38,868 nucleotides of DNA, taken from a virus (Duplodnaviria; Caudoviricetes). Positions 18,489 to 27,055 of the stretch are shown here, piece after piece. Each line of letters starts with the position of its first letter. Positions within the stretch are counted from its first letter, which is position 1. Below the pieces are notes generated by a model. The model was not told the DNA's origin. It did no database searches and worked only from the letters and a program-made list of their open reading frames with translations. The stretch is from positions 1-38,868 of IMG/VR virus record IMGVR_UViG_3300046823_000207; one strand, 5' to 3'. The position numbers and the translations under genes are program-made.

Positions 18489-20524
18489 GCACGTGGGCCT
18501 TTTCCATCGCCGGCGTGCTCCAGCCCTTGCAGACCGGCTGGCAGATGCAGCTCACCACGAGCGGGCGCAACCGGTTTGTCGGCAAGGTCTTCTCGAAGGA
18601 TGCCTCGTACCGCCCGCAGCTCGACGACTCGGTCGGCGTCTACGAACGCATTCCCATCAAGACCATCGCCGCCGGCAACCCGACCGTCATCACGACCACC
18701 GAGACCCACGGCCTGGTCAGCGGTCAGCAGATGCACTTCGGCAACATTGTCGGCAACGTGCCGGACCTCAACACGCAGACGCTCGTCTGCACGGTGTCGA
18801 GCCCCACGGTGTTCACGGTGCCGTGGGCGACGACGACGGCGGGCACCGGCGGCGTGGCCGAGCGCGCGGTCTTTGGCGGCTACGTGATCACGCCCCGCGA
18901 GCGCGGGATGCTCGATGAACCGGGGAAGCCCATCTACACCGAGATCACTGCCGTCTCCTTCGACCAGATCACCGAACGGCGCTATGCGAAGGAAGTGCTG
19001 GTCAGCGGCACGCTGAAGTCGATGCTGACGACGCTCGTCACCCACTACATGCAGAACCCCTACGTCGCCGTCAACCCGAGCCAGGTCGACGGGCCGGTGC
19101 TGCCGGATGTGCCGTGCGACTACGCGCTCGTGCGCAACGTGCTCGACACGATTGCCGGCCTGGCCGGCGGCTACGTCTGGGAAATCGACCCGCATCTGCA
19201 GGCGCGGATGTTTCTCCCCGCCTCCGAGCGCGCCCCCTTCGACGTGGTCGAGGGCGGCCGGTCCGCGATCGGCGACGTGACGTCCGAGCCGACCCGCACC
19301 GCCTACGCCAATCGCGTGCTCGTGCAGTTCACGGCCGCGGCGGTGTCGGCGTATGCGTTCTGCCAGGCGGACCAGAACTTCGCCGACGGCGAGACGGTCG
19401 TCATCGGCTCGAAGACCTACACCTATCAGGCCGTGCTGACCGAGGCCGACGGCCACCTGGCGATCGGTGCGAACGCGCTGGCCAGTATCACCACGCTGCT
19501 CGAGGCCATCAACCTCTCGGGCGGCAACTACGCCGCGGCGATGACGAAACACAGCCAGGTGTTCGCGAGCATGGGCAGCACCGCCGTGGTCCGCGTCACC
19601 GCTATCGCCGCCGGCGCGAGTGGCAACTCGATTGGCGTCTCGACGACGGGCGCGCACGCGCGGTGGTATGGCGAAGGGTCGGCGCCGACCTCCTCGCTGA
19701 CGCTGGGCGCCGATGCCGCGCTCACGAGCGTCGCCATCGCCGAGCAGACGAGCGAACAGACGCAGCACGGCATCTGGGAGGCCGTCGTCCAGGCCGCCGA
19801 CATCACCGACTACAGCCTGGCGCTGCAGGCGGCGCAGGCGTATCTCGCGATCAAGCTGCTGGTGCCGCGGACGGTGACCTACCGCACCCGCGAGCGCGGC
19901 GCGCTCCCCGGCCAGCAGCAGACCATCACCATCCCGAGCCGCAACCTCAACGGCACCTTCCTCATCACCGACGTCAACGGCGGCAATCCCACCGAGAACG
20001 CCGTCGAGTGGACCGTGACGGCGGTCGAGAGTCTGACGCCGGGCGCGGCGCCGCAGTGGCGCGACACCTATAAGCAGTGGGCGGGCTCGGTGGCCGGCAG
20101 CGGGACGGCCATCTCCACGGCGGGCGGCGGGGGCACCGGGGGCGGCGGTGCGGCGCTCCCGCCGGTCTACTATCTCGGCGGCACGCCGACGACCTACGTG
20201 CAATCGCCGACGCCGACCTGGGTGCCGGCCGACGGCACGCCGCCGGGGGACTCGGGCACCGAATACATCATCGACACGGTCCTGCGGCAGAGCACGTCGG
20301 GGACGGTCCGCTGCCGGGTGCGGGCGGCCGCCGGGAGCGTCAGCGCGCGGCTGTATGACCTGACCGCCGGCGTCGCGGTGGGCACCTCGGCGCCCTACAC
20401 CGGGACGGCCTACGGCACCGTGACCTTCTCTGTCACCCTCACCGCCGGCGCGCACCGCTACCAGCTGCAGCTCCTCCCGTCGGTCGCCAACTCAGACGTC
20501 AATGGGGTCGGGTACCTTGAGTAA
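18485..20524 (+). CDS. Tail tip / hub protein with inserted beta domains
   Basis: Follows tape measure; YANRVLV and LPGQQQTI hub-like motifs; FCCH-like insert NPTVITTTETHGLVSGQ. Confidence 0.7.
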   Translation: MSTWAFSIAGVLQPLQTGWQMQLTTSGRNRFVGKVFSKDASYRPQLDDSVGVYERIPIKTIAAGNPTVITTTETHGLVSGQQMHFGNIVGNVPDLNTQTLVCTVSSPTVFTVPWATTTAGTGGVAERAVFGGYVITPRERGMLDEPGKPIYTEITAVSFDQITERRYAKEVLVSGTLKSMLTTLVTHYMQNPYVAVNPSQVDGPVLPDVPCDYALVRNVLDTIAGLAGGYVWEIDPHLQARMFLPASERAPFDVVEGGRSAIGDVTSEPTRTAYANRVLVQFTAAAVSAYAFCQADQNFADGETVVIGSKTYTYQAVLTEADGHLAIGANALASITTLLEAINLSGGNYAAAMTKHSQVFASMGSTAVVRVTAIAAGASGNSIGVSTTGAHARWYGEGSAPTSSLTLGADAALTSVAIAEQTSEQTQHGIWEAVVQAADITDYSLALQAAQAYLAIKLLVPRTVTYRTRERGALPGQQQTITIPSRNLNGTFLITDVNGGNPTENAVEWTVTAVESLTPGAAPQWRDTYKQWAGSVAGSGTAISTAGGGGTGGGGAALPPVYYLGGTPTTYVQSPTPTWVPADGTPPGDSGTEYIIDTVLRQSTSGTVRCRVRAAAGSVSARLYDLTAGVAVGTSAPYTGTAYGTVTFSVTLTAGAHRYQLQLLPSVANSDVNGVGYLE

Positions 20525-23500
20525 GTCCCTCGTCTTCCTGCTGCTCGTCCTCCTCCTGGCGGTCCCTGTGGCGGCGCAGACCGTGCGCGCCGACCGCGTC
20601 ACGCTCAACGCCGGCCCCTGCGTCATCACCAGCGGAAGCGCGGCGCCCAACGGCTCCCGCGTCGGCAACGTCTGCGACACGTTCATCCAGACCGGGACCG
20701 GCGCGATCTGGACGAAGACCAGCGGCACGGGCACCTCGAGCGGCTGGCTCGCGACGCTCGCCGGCGCCGGCACGCCAGGCACGCTCCTCAAGTGGACCGG
20801 CACCGGCGTGACGGTCGGCGATTCGATCGTGGCCGAAGCGGCCGGCCTGCTCACCGTCACTGGCAGTGCCACGATCACCGGCACCGGCACGATGAACGCG
20901 GCCACGATCACCACCAACGCGAGCATCGGCGGGACCGCCACCATCGGCACCGAGCACGTCACCGGCAACAGCACCATCGACGCCGCGCTCGCGGTCGGCG
21001 GCACGAGCACGCTCACCGGCAACACCACGCTCGGCGGGTGGATCGGCACGGCGGGCTACGCCTCGCAGGTGTCGGGCTGGCGCATCACCAACACCGGCGC
21101 GGCCGACGTGCGCTACCTGTTCACCGATGAACTGCGCGCGAAGCTGTTTACCGCTGACCAGGAAACGGTCCTCGCCGGGAGCGAGCGCATCACGAAGTCG
21201 TATTCCACGGTCGCGCAACCCTTCACCTGCCCAGCGGCCGGCGCGACCGCGACGCTCTGGGTCTTCGACGCCTCAACCTACGGCGACGCGGCGGTGTTCC
21301 AGACGAACGATTGGGTCGTTATCCACGTCCTCACGCGCGCGAGTTTCGGGCCGTTCTCCATCGCGGACTGCGTCGGCACCGTGAGCGCCTACGCCGACGG
21401 CACGGGCGCGAACGCCGGCCAGCAATCGTGGACGTTTACGCGCGGCGCTGGCACGAATAGCGGCGCGATGACCGGCGGCACCGTCGTTGCGGTCAATCAA
21501 CTCGTGCAGGACATGGGCGTCAGCGGCAACGGCTACGTCGAGATGAGCGCGGTCGACGGCGCCAACGGCGTGAACGCACCATATATCCAGACGAACACGT
21601 GGACGGCGGCGCCAGTCGCCGGGAACACGATCCGGCAGTGTCGGCTCGGGAATCTCAACGGCATCTTCGGCAACGGGTCCGAGTATGGCCTTGCGTGCGG
21701 CGCGAACACGAGTATGCCGCTCGGCGGCTACCTGCGCCTCTCGAATCTCTCGACCGAGATCCATAACATTCCGCTCACGCTCTACGACAGCGCGACGCAA
21801 GTACTGCGGCTCGATCCGGCCGGCCCATCGATCGCGCTCGGCAATCCGCTGCCGACCGCTTACGCGGGGAGCAACGCCGGCCTCTGGGCCGGCAAGGATA
21901 CCGACGGCAGCTACAAGATCCGCATCGGCGATCCGACCGGCAACCGCCTGACTTACGCAAACGGTCTGCTATCGATCGCGGGTGAAGGGAGCGGCATCAC
22001 CAACATCAACGGCGGCAATATTCAGGCGGGCACGATCTCGGCCACGGCGGTCAACGTGCGGCCGATCGGCGCGGCGCTCAACGATGATCCGAACATGCTG
22101 AGCAGCAGCGCGTGGGTCGACGTGACCGGCATCGGGAGTGTCACGTTTCCAACCGTCACCGATGGCATGGTCGGCGCGAATGTGATGCGGAGCGTGGCGG
22201 GCCACTCGGCGGGGCCCGGGTCGCACAACTGGCCGATTGATCCGACTAAGAGCTATCGCCTTCACTTGTGGGCACGTAACCAGGCGGGCGCCACCGGCGT
22301 GCTCTATGCGGGCATCAACACGTGGACGGCCTCAACGGCGACGTATGTCGGCGGGGTGTGGGGCGTCACGAGCGCGCCGGTACCAACGACGTGGACGGAG
22401 TTCAACGGGCCGCTGCCACTGGCGGCGAACGCCGGTGTTTTCGGGCTCGTCCTCTATCTGAATTGGGGCAACGCCGGCGGTGGCTACGTCATGCCCGGCT
22501 ACATGGAAGTGCAGGACGTGCGCGTTGAAGAAGTGTTGCCGTCGACGCTCATCAAGGATGGCGCGATTACCACGAATAAAATCCTCGCGGGCACGATCAC
22601 CGGCGACCGCATCGCCGCGAATACGATCACGGTCGCGAACCTCAACGCGTCGGGGTTTGGCGACAACCTGATCAAAAACTCGACATTCGAGGGCACGCTC
22701 GCCGGCTGGTCGATGGACCCGGTGGCGCCGAGCGGCGGCAGCATCGCGCTCGGCGCCGAGGGGCCGCGCGGGCCGGGCGATCTCGTCCTGGCACCGACGG
22801 GCGGCGGCGGCATGTTGGCCGAGTATTTCGCGGTCCCGGTGACCGCCGGCCAGGCGTATCGGGTGGCGTTTCGCGCGGCGCCGTATGCATTCGCCGGCCA
22901 GGGATTATTTCTCCGCATCTACGAAAGCACATCGACCGGTCAAGTGCGGTACGTGCGGGCGGGTGGGACACTTGGCCCTGGGGAGGTCGGGGCGAATACG
23001 AGTACCGATCCGGGAACCTTTGCCGGGTTTAATTTGGCGGGCGGCTGGACGCCGTTCGAGTTTACGTACACGCCGCCGGCCGGCACGAATTGGATCTCGC
23101 TCTCGTTCTTTAACTACACGTGCGTGTCAGGGTACGGGAGCGGGTGCCAAAGTCTCGGCATCGACGCCGTCGAGATGCAGCCGCAGATCGGGCCGGGGCA
23201 CATTCGCGCAAACAGCATCACCGCGAATCAGATAGCGGCGTCCACGATCACGGCGGCGCAGATCGCCGGCGGCACGATCACGGCGGCGCAAATTGCGGCG
23301 GGCACGATCACCACGACGCAGATCGCCGCGAACACCATCACCGGCGGGAACATCGCGGGCCGTACGATCACGGCCGGCGCGCTCGTCGCGAACACGATCA
23401 CGTCGAACGAAATCGGCGTCCGCGCCATCGTCGCCGGCAACATCAACACCGGCACGATCACCGCGAACGAGATCGCGTCGGCAACGATTACCGGCGACCG

Positions 23501-24020
23501 CATCGCGGCGAACACGATCAACTCGAACAATATCCAGGCGGGCTCGATCACCGCCGACCGGCTCTCGGTTACGTCACTGTCGGCCATCAGCGCGAACCTT
23601 GGCAGTATCACCGCCGGCAGCTTGAACGCCGTGACGGTCACCAGTTCGACGATCAACAGCCCGACGATTAACGCCGGGTGCACCACCATCAACGCGAATG
23701 GCATCGCGCTGAACCCCGGCCAGTCGAACAACTGCAACTGGTACAAGTGGACGAACGGCGCTGGCCTATATCACGACGGCGGCGCATGGATGGGCGTCAG
23801 CGGCGCGAGCTTCCGGGTCGATACGCCTGGCGGCGCAGGCTTTTTGATTGACGCCAATTTTAACCTCAACGCCAACAGCACCATCAACCTCAACGGCTAC
23901 GTGAACGTCGCCGCAGGCAAAACCTTGACCGTCTCGAATTTGAGCGGCAGCGGCAACCGGCTGGTGTGCACGAACAATAGCGGGGCGCTGTATACGTCAG
24001 CGGCCAACGGGAGTTGTTAG
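20517..24020 (+). CDS. Large tail fibre / receptor-binding protein with N-terminal signal peptide (start TTG 20517 or ATG 20502)
   Basis: SKSLVFLLLVLLLAVPVAA-Q leader; two CBM-like modules; 10-aa TITAxQIAAG repeats; LSAISANLGSITAG fibre motif. Confidence 0.8.
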   Translation: MSKSLVFLLLVLLLAVPVAAQTVRADRVTLNAGPCVITSGSAAPNGSRVGNVCDTFIQTGTGAIWTKTSGTGTSSGWLATLAGAGTPGTLLKWTGTGVTVGDSIVAEAAGLLTVTGSATITGTGTMNAATITTNASIGGTATIGTEHVTGNSTIDAALAVGGTSTLTGNTTLGGWIGTAGYASQVSGWRITNTGAADVRYLFTDELRAKLFTADQETVLAGSERITKSYSTVAQPFTCPAAGATATLWVFDASTYGDAAVFQTNDWVVIHVLTRASFGPFSIADCVGTVSAYADGTGANAGQQSWTFTRGAGTNSGAMTGGTVVAVNQLVQDMGVSGNGYVEMSAVDGANGVNAPYIQTNTWTAAPVAGNTIRQCRLGNLNGIFGNGSEYGLACGANTSMPLGGYLRLSNLSTEIHNIPLTLYDSATQVLRLDPAGPSIALGNPLPTAYAGSNAGLWAGKDTDGSYKIRIGDPTGNRLTYANGLLSIAGEGSGITNINGGNIQAGTISATAVNVRPIGAALNDDPNMLSSSAWVDVTGIGSVTFPTVTDGMVGANVMRSVAGHSAGPGSHNWPIDPTKSYRLHLWARNQAGATGVLYAGINTWTASTATYVGGVWGVTSAPVPTTWTEFNGPLPLAANAGVFGLVLYLNWGNAGGGYVMPGYMEVQDVRVEEVLPSTLIKDGAITTNKILAGTITGDRIAANTITVANLNASGFGDNLIKNSTFEGTLAGWSMDPVAPSGGSIALGAEGPRGPGDLVLAPTGGGGMLAEYFAVPVTAGQAYRVAFRAAPYAFAGQGLFLRIYESTSTGQVRYVRAGGTLGPGEVGANTSTDPGTFAGFNLAGGWTPFEFTYTPPAGTNWISLSFFNYTCVSGYGSGCQSLGIDAVEMQPQIGPGHIRANSITANQIAASTITAAQIAGGTITAAQIAAGTITTTQIAANTITGGNIAGRTITAGALVANTITSNEIGVRAIVAGNINTGTITANEIASATITGDRIAANTINSNNIQAGSITADRLSVTSLSAISANLGSITAGSLNAVTVTSSTINSPTINAGCTTINANGIALNPGQSNNCNWYKWTNGAGLYHDGGAWMGVSGASFRVDTPGGAGFLIDANFNLNANSTINLNGYVNVAAGKTLTVSNLSGSGNRLVCTNNSGALYTSAANGSC
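23210..23570 (+). repeat. Degenerate 30-bp coding repeats (fibre shaft)
   Basis: Repeated acgatcac.gc....gcagatcgc units encoding TITAxQIAAx. Confidence 0.85.
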
Positions 24021-24023
24021 ACC

Positions 24024-24422
24024 ATGCGAACTGCACTGACTATCGTCGCCGTCCTCGCGTCGGTCGCGCTCCGCGCGCAGGACCGCGCTGATCTGATCGC
24101 ACCGAAGGCGGTGACCACCACGGTGCGTTCCTATGAAATCACCGGGCTCGCGGTGAACCTGGCGCCCACGTATGCGGCGCTCCCCGACGCCACGCTCGCG
24201 CAACCGGCACCGCCGGCGATCTGGTCGTTCATGATCCGCTACACCGACAATCTCGGCGTCGAGCACATCGACGCGCACTCCACGAACACCGATGCGGAGA
24301 AATACATCCGGGCGTTGATCCTCGCGCCGGGCGCCGGGTCGCTCTCCGCGCGGCTGCTGCAACACCTCATCGACGAAGGCAAGATTCCGGCGGCGAAGAT
24401 CGTCGCCCCGAAAGGCAAGTGA
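24024..24422 (+). CDS. Exported hypothetical protein
   Basis: MRTALTIVAVLASVALRA-Q signal-peptide-like leader. Confidence 0.75.
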   Translation: MRTALTIVAVLASVALRAQDRADLIAPKAVTTTVRSYEITGLAVNLAPTYAALPDATLAQPAPPAIWSFMIRYTDNLGVEHIDAHSTNTDAEKYIRALILAPGAGSLSARLLQHLIDEGKIPAAKIVAPKGK

Positions 24423-24763
24423 TGCGACTCTCACTCTGGCGACTGATCACAGCGGGCGTGCTCGCGCTGCTCGTGGCGGGCGCGCTGGCGTTCCGGGCGA
24501 CCGGCCGGCCGAAGGCGATGGCACTGCTGCCGGCGACGCAGACCGCGAGCGCGCCGCCGGTCCTCTCGACCGAGCACAAGTTGCAATTCCAGAACGTCAT
24601 GAAAGACCTGGAAATTGCGCGGCTGAAATACGACGCCGCGCAGCGGGACTTCGCGGACGCGCAGCGCGCCGCCGCCGCGCTGGTCGAGCAGACGAAGGTC
24701 GCCGGCTACGACCTCGACCTGACCACGTTCAACTACACGCCGCTCCCGGCGGGAAGGAAATAG
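24419..24763 (+). CDS. Exported or membrane-anchored coiled-coil protein
   Basis: Hydrophobic leader, then coiled coil LSTEHKLQFQN...EQTK. Confidence 0.75.
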   Translation: MMRLSLWRLITAGVLALLVAGALAFRATGRPKAMALLPATQTASAPPVLSTEHKLQFQNVMKDLEIARLKYDAAQRDFADAQRAAAALVEQTKVAGYDLDLTTFNYTPLPAGRK

Positions 24764-24767
24764 GCCC

Positions 24768-25217
24768 ATGCGACACGCCGCCGTCATCGCCTGCGCGCTG
24801 CTGCTCGCGAGCGCGCTGCACGCACAGGAAAAGATCACCCTCACCGAACCCGTCCACACCGATCCCGGTGCCGCCGAATTCCGCCTGATGACGCTCGCGC
24901 TCAACGCGAATCAGTGGGAAGTCCACGCCACGTTCGGCGAGGTCGCAGCGGGCACGTTCGCGTTTCTGCCGAACGGCAAGACGATGGACTGCCACTATCT
25001 CGGCCCCGACGCCGAGGTGCTGCTCAAGCAACTCAACACGATGAACTTCTCCACCGTGTCGATGCAGAAGCGCGTCATTCAGCAGTGCCAAAAGGACGGC
25101 AAGATCGGCGCGGGCACGATCACCGGCACGCCGTCGCCGCCGACCGTGCCGCCCCCGATGCCACTGCCACCGCCGCCACCAGGGAAGAAGCCCTGCAACA
25201 CACCACCCTGCATCTAG
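24768..25217 (+). CDS. Exported hypothetical protein with Pro-rich tail
   Basis: MRHAAVIACALLLASALHA-Q leader; two Cys pairs in the mature part. Confidence 0.78.
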   Translation: MRHAAVIACALLLASALHAQEKITLTEPVHTDPGAAEFRLMTLALNANQWEVHATFGEVAAGTFAFLPNGKTMDCHYLGPDAEVLLKQLNTMNFSTVSMQKRVIQQCQKDGKIGAGTITGTPSPPTVPPPMPLPPPPPGKKPCNTPPCI

Positions 25218-25228
25218 AGAGAGGCAAC

Positions 25229-25390
25229 ATGATTCACCTAATTCTGCTGGTGCTGGCGTTCGTGCTCTTTCTCATCGCCGGCGCGCGCCCGGCGCATCCT
25301 GACTCGCCGCGCTTCCTCTACTTCGGCCTCGCGCTCTGGGTGCTGAGTCTGCTGCTCGGTGCCGTCTACCCGATGCCGATCGCCCGGTGA
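25229..25390 (+). CDS. Small two-helix membrane protein, holin candidate
   Basis: GAGAGG site before ATG; MIHLILLVLAFVLFLIAG and FLYFGLALWVLSLLLG segments. Confidence 0.7.
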   Translation: MIHLILLVLAFVLFLIAGARPAHPDSPRFLYFGLALWVLSLLLGAVYPMPIAR

Positions 25391-25393
25391 ACG

Positions 25394-25660
25394 GTGCACG
25401 CGTTCCAGGCGGCGAGCGATCCGTGTCCCGATCCGGCGGCACCGGCCCCGCCGGCGTCGAGCTCGAACCTCGCCGTCTGGGTGCTCGCGGCGGCGCTGCT
25501 CGCCGTCCTCGTCTTCGACATCTGGGCGGGCCGCACGCACCGCCCGACCATCTCGCAGTGGATGCGGCGCACGTTCGGCCGGCATCGCTGGTGGCGACCG
25601 TTCGCGATGTCGCTGATCGGTCTGACCCTGTGGCACATGTTTTTCGGAGGACCGTTGTAA
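25394..25660 (+). CDS. Small membrane protein, holin candidate
   Basis: Two hydrophobic segments joined by PTISQWMRR; start uncertain. Confidence 0.6.
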   Translation: MHAFQAASDPCPDPAAPAPPASSSNLAVWVLAAALLAVLVFDIWAGRTHRPTISQWMRRTFGRHRWWRPFAMSLIGLTLWHMFFGGPL

Positions 25661-27055
25661 ATGCCGCTCATGGATGGACGGGGACACGTGCTCTGCGGTG
25701 GCGGGGGCCTGCAGGGCTCGCTCGACGGCACGCCGCTGCCCTTTGCGACCTACGGCGGCGGCTGCTGGTATGACGACCGCGGCACCGCGCTCGAGCAGCT
25801 GCGCGAGCCGGCGCCCGGCACGCTGGCGTTCTGGCGCGAGGCTGCGGCCCCGGCGCTGCTGCCGCGCGGCGCGAACGACTTCGCCGGCGGAGGCGGCGCG
25901 TTCGTCGCGTGGCTACGGGGCTACGGCGTCTGGGGCTCGCTCGAGCAGCGGCTCGCCGGCACCGACGAGGAGATCCGCGCGCAGCTGCGCATCGCCGGCA
26001 CCTGCGGCCCGCATTCCGTGGCGCCGGACGGCACCATCGGCTACGTGCGTGACCGCGACAATGGCTACGGCCTCACGCTCGTCGCCCCGTCCGGGCGCGT
26101 CGTGTTCGCGCCGGGCGTGCCGGCCAACTTCGACATCCAGGTGCTCGGCGACGGGGTGGCGATCTGGCGCGGCGGGGCGGTCGGCCGGCCGGCGCCGCGG
26201 CCGACGCTGACCGACGCCCAGGGCCTGCTGCTCGAGCCGTTCAATGGGTCCGACTGGCTGCTGTACTGGAGCGAGGCGCGCGGCGGGCTCATTCTGCAAC
26301 CCGACGGCGACCCCTACGGCGCCATCCTCGAGCCGCGCCCGATCGCGTTCAACCCGCACCTGCGCGTCGTCGACGAGCAGCTGCACATCACCTGGTCGAC
26401 CACCCAGGGCGAAGGGCCGAACGATCTCGTCGTCTGCGTCTTCGACGGGACGCGCGTGTTCTATCAGCGCACAGCGGACGGGTGGCACGCGGTGCCGCCG
26501 CGGTGGCTCGACCTCTCTGCGCCGATCCCGCCGCCCATCGAGCGGCCCATCGAGCCGCCGCCAACCAAGCCGCCGATTGAACCGCCGCCGACGAAACCAC
26601 CCATCGAGCCGCCGCCGACCAAGCCGCCGGTGGCGACCTTCCCTCCACCCATTGTTCCCATCGAGGTGCACATGACGCCCTACACTGTCGCCGTCGTCGG
26701 CCCCAACGGCCTCTACGGCTCGGTCGATCCGACCACCAAGCTGCTCACCTTCGACCGCACGGAGATCGGGCCGTGGGAATCGTTCACGCTCGAGAAGCCC
26801 GACGAGCGCGGGCGCCTGCAGTACACCTCGCAGAGCGTGCCCGACATGATCATCGGCGTCGACACCACCCAGTACGGCAGCAACGACGTGCGGAAGCTGT
26901 TCTACATGCTGCCGGCGGAGAAGCGCGGGAACTACGAATCATTCTTCGTCGGCAAGACGCCCAACAACCTCGTCGTCGGGATGATCGAGTACATCGACCA
27001 GGGCGTGCAGACCGTGCCCTATGCCGGGCCGAACCTGACGACGGTGGAGCTGTGA
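25661..27055 (+). CDS. Beta-rich protein with Pro linker and C-terminal fascin/beta-trefoil-like domain
   Basis: GGAGG site; PPIEPPPTK repeats; NGLYGSV...DRTEIGPWESFTL and RGNYESF trefoil-like repeats. Confidence 0.75.
   Translation: MPLMDGRGHVLCGGGGLQGSLDGTPLPFATYGGGCWYDDRGTALEQLREPAPGTLAFWREAAAPALLPRGANDFAGGGGAFVAWLRGYGVWGSLEQRLAGTDEEIRAQLRIAGTCGPHSVAPDGTIGYVRDRDNGYGLTLVAPSGRVVFAPGVPANFDIQVLGDGVAIWRGGAVGRPAPRPTLTDAQGLLLEPFNGSDWLLYWSEARGGLILQPDGDPYGAILEPRPIAFNPHLRVVDEQLHITWSTTQGEGPNDLVVCVFDGTRVFYQRTADGWHAVPPRWLDLSAPIPPPIERPIEPPPTKPPIEPPPTKPPIEPPPTKPPVATFPPPIVPIEVHMTPYTVAVVGPNGLYGSVDPTTKLLTFDRTEIGPWESFTLEKPDERGRLQYTSQSVPDMIIGVDTTQYGSNDVRKLFYMLPAEKRGNYESFFVGKTPNNLVVGMIEYIDQGVQTVPYAGPNLTTVEL
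26546..26629 (+). repeat. Three 27-bp coding tandem repeats (PIEPPPTKP)
   Basis: Visible directly; copies differ at synonymous positions. Confidence 0.9.

Noticed and set aside
22590-23520. Diversity-generating retroelement or invertible tail cassette suggested by similar segments near 22590 and 23481
   Set aside because: Both are in-frame fibre repeats differing mainly at synonymous sites; no reverse transcriptase or invertase in the window.
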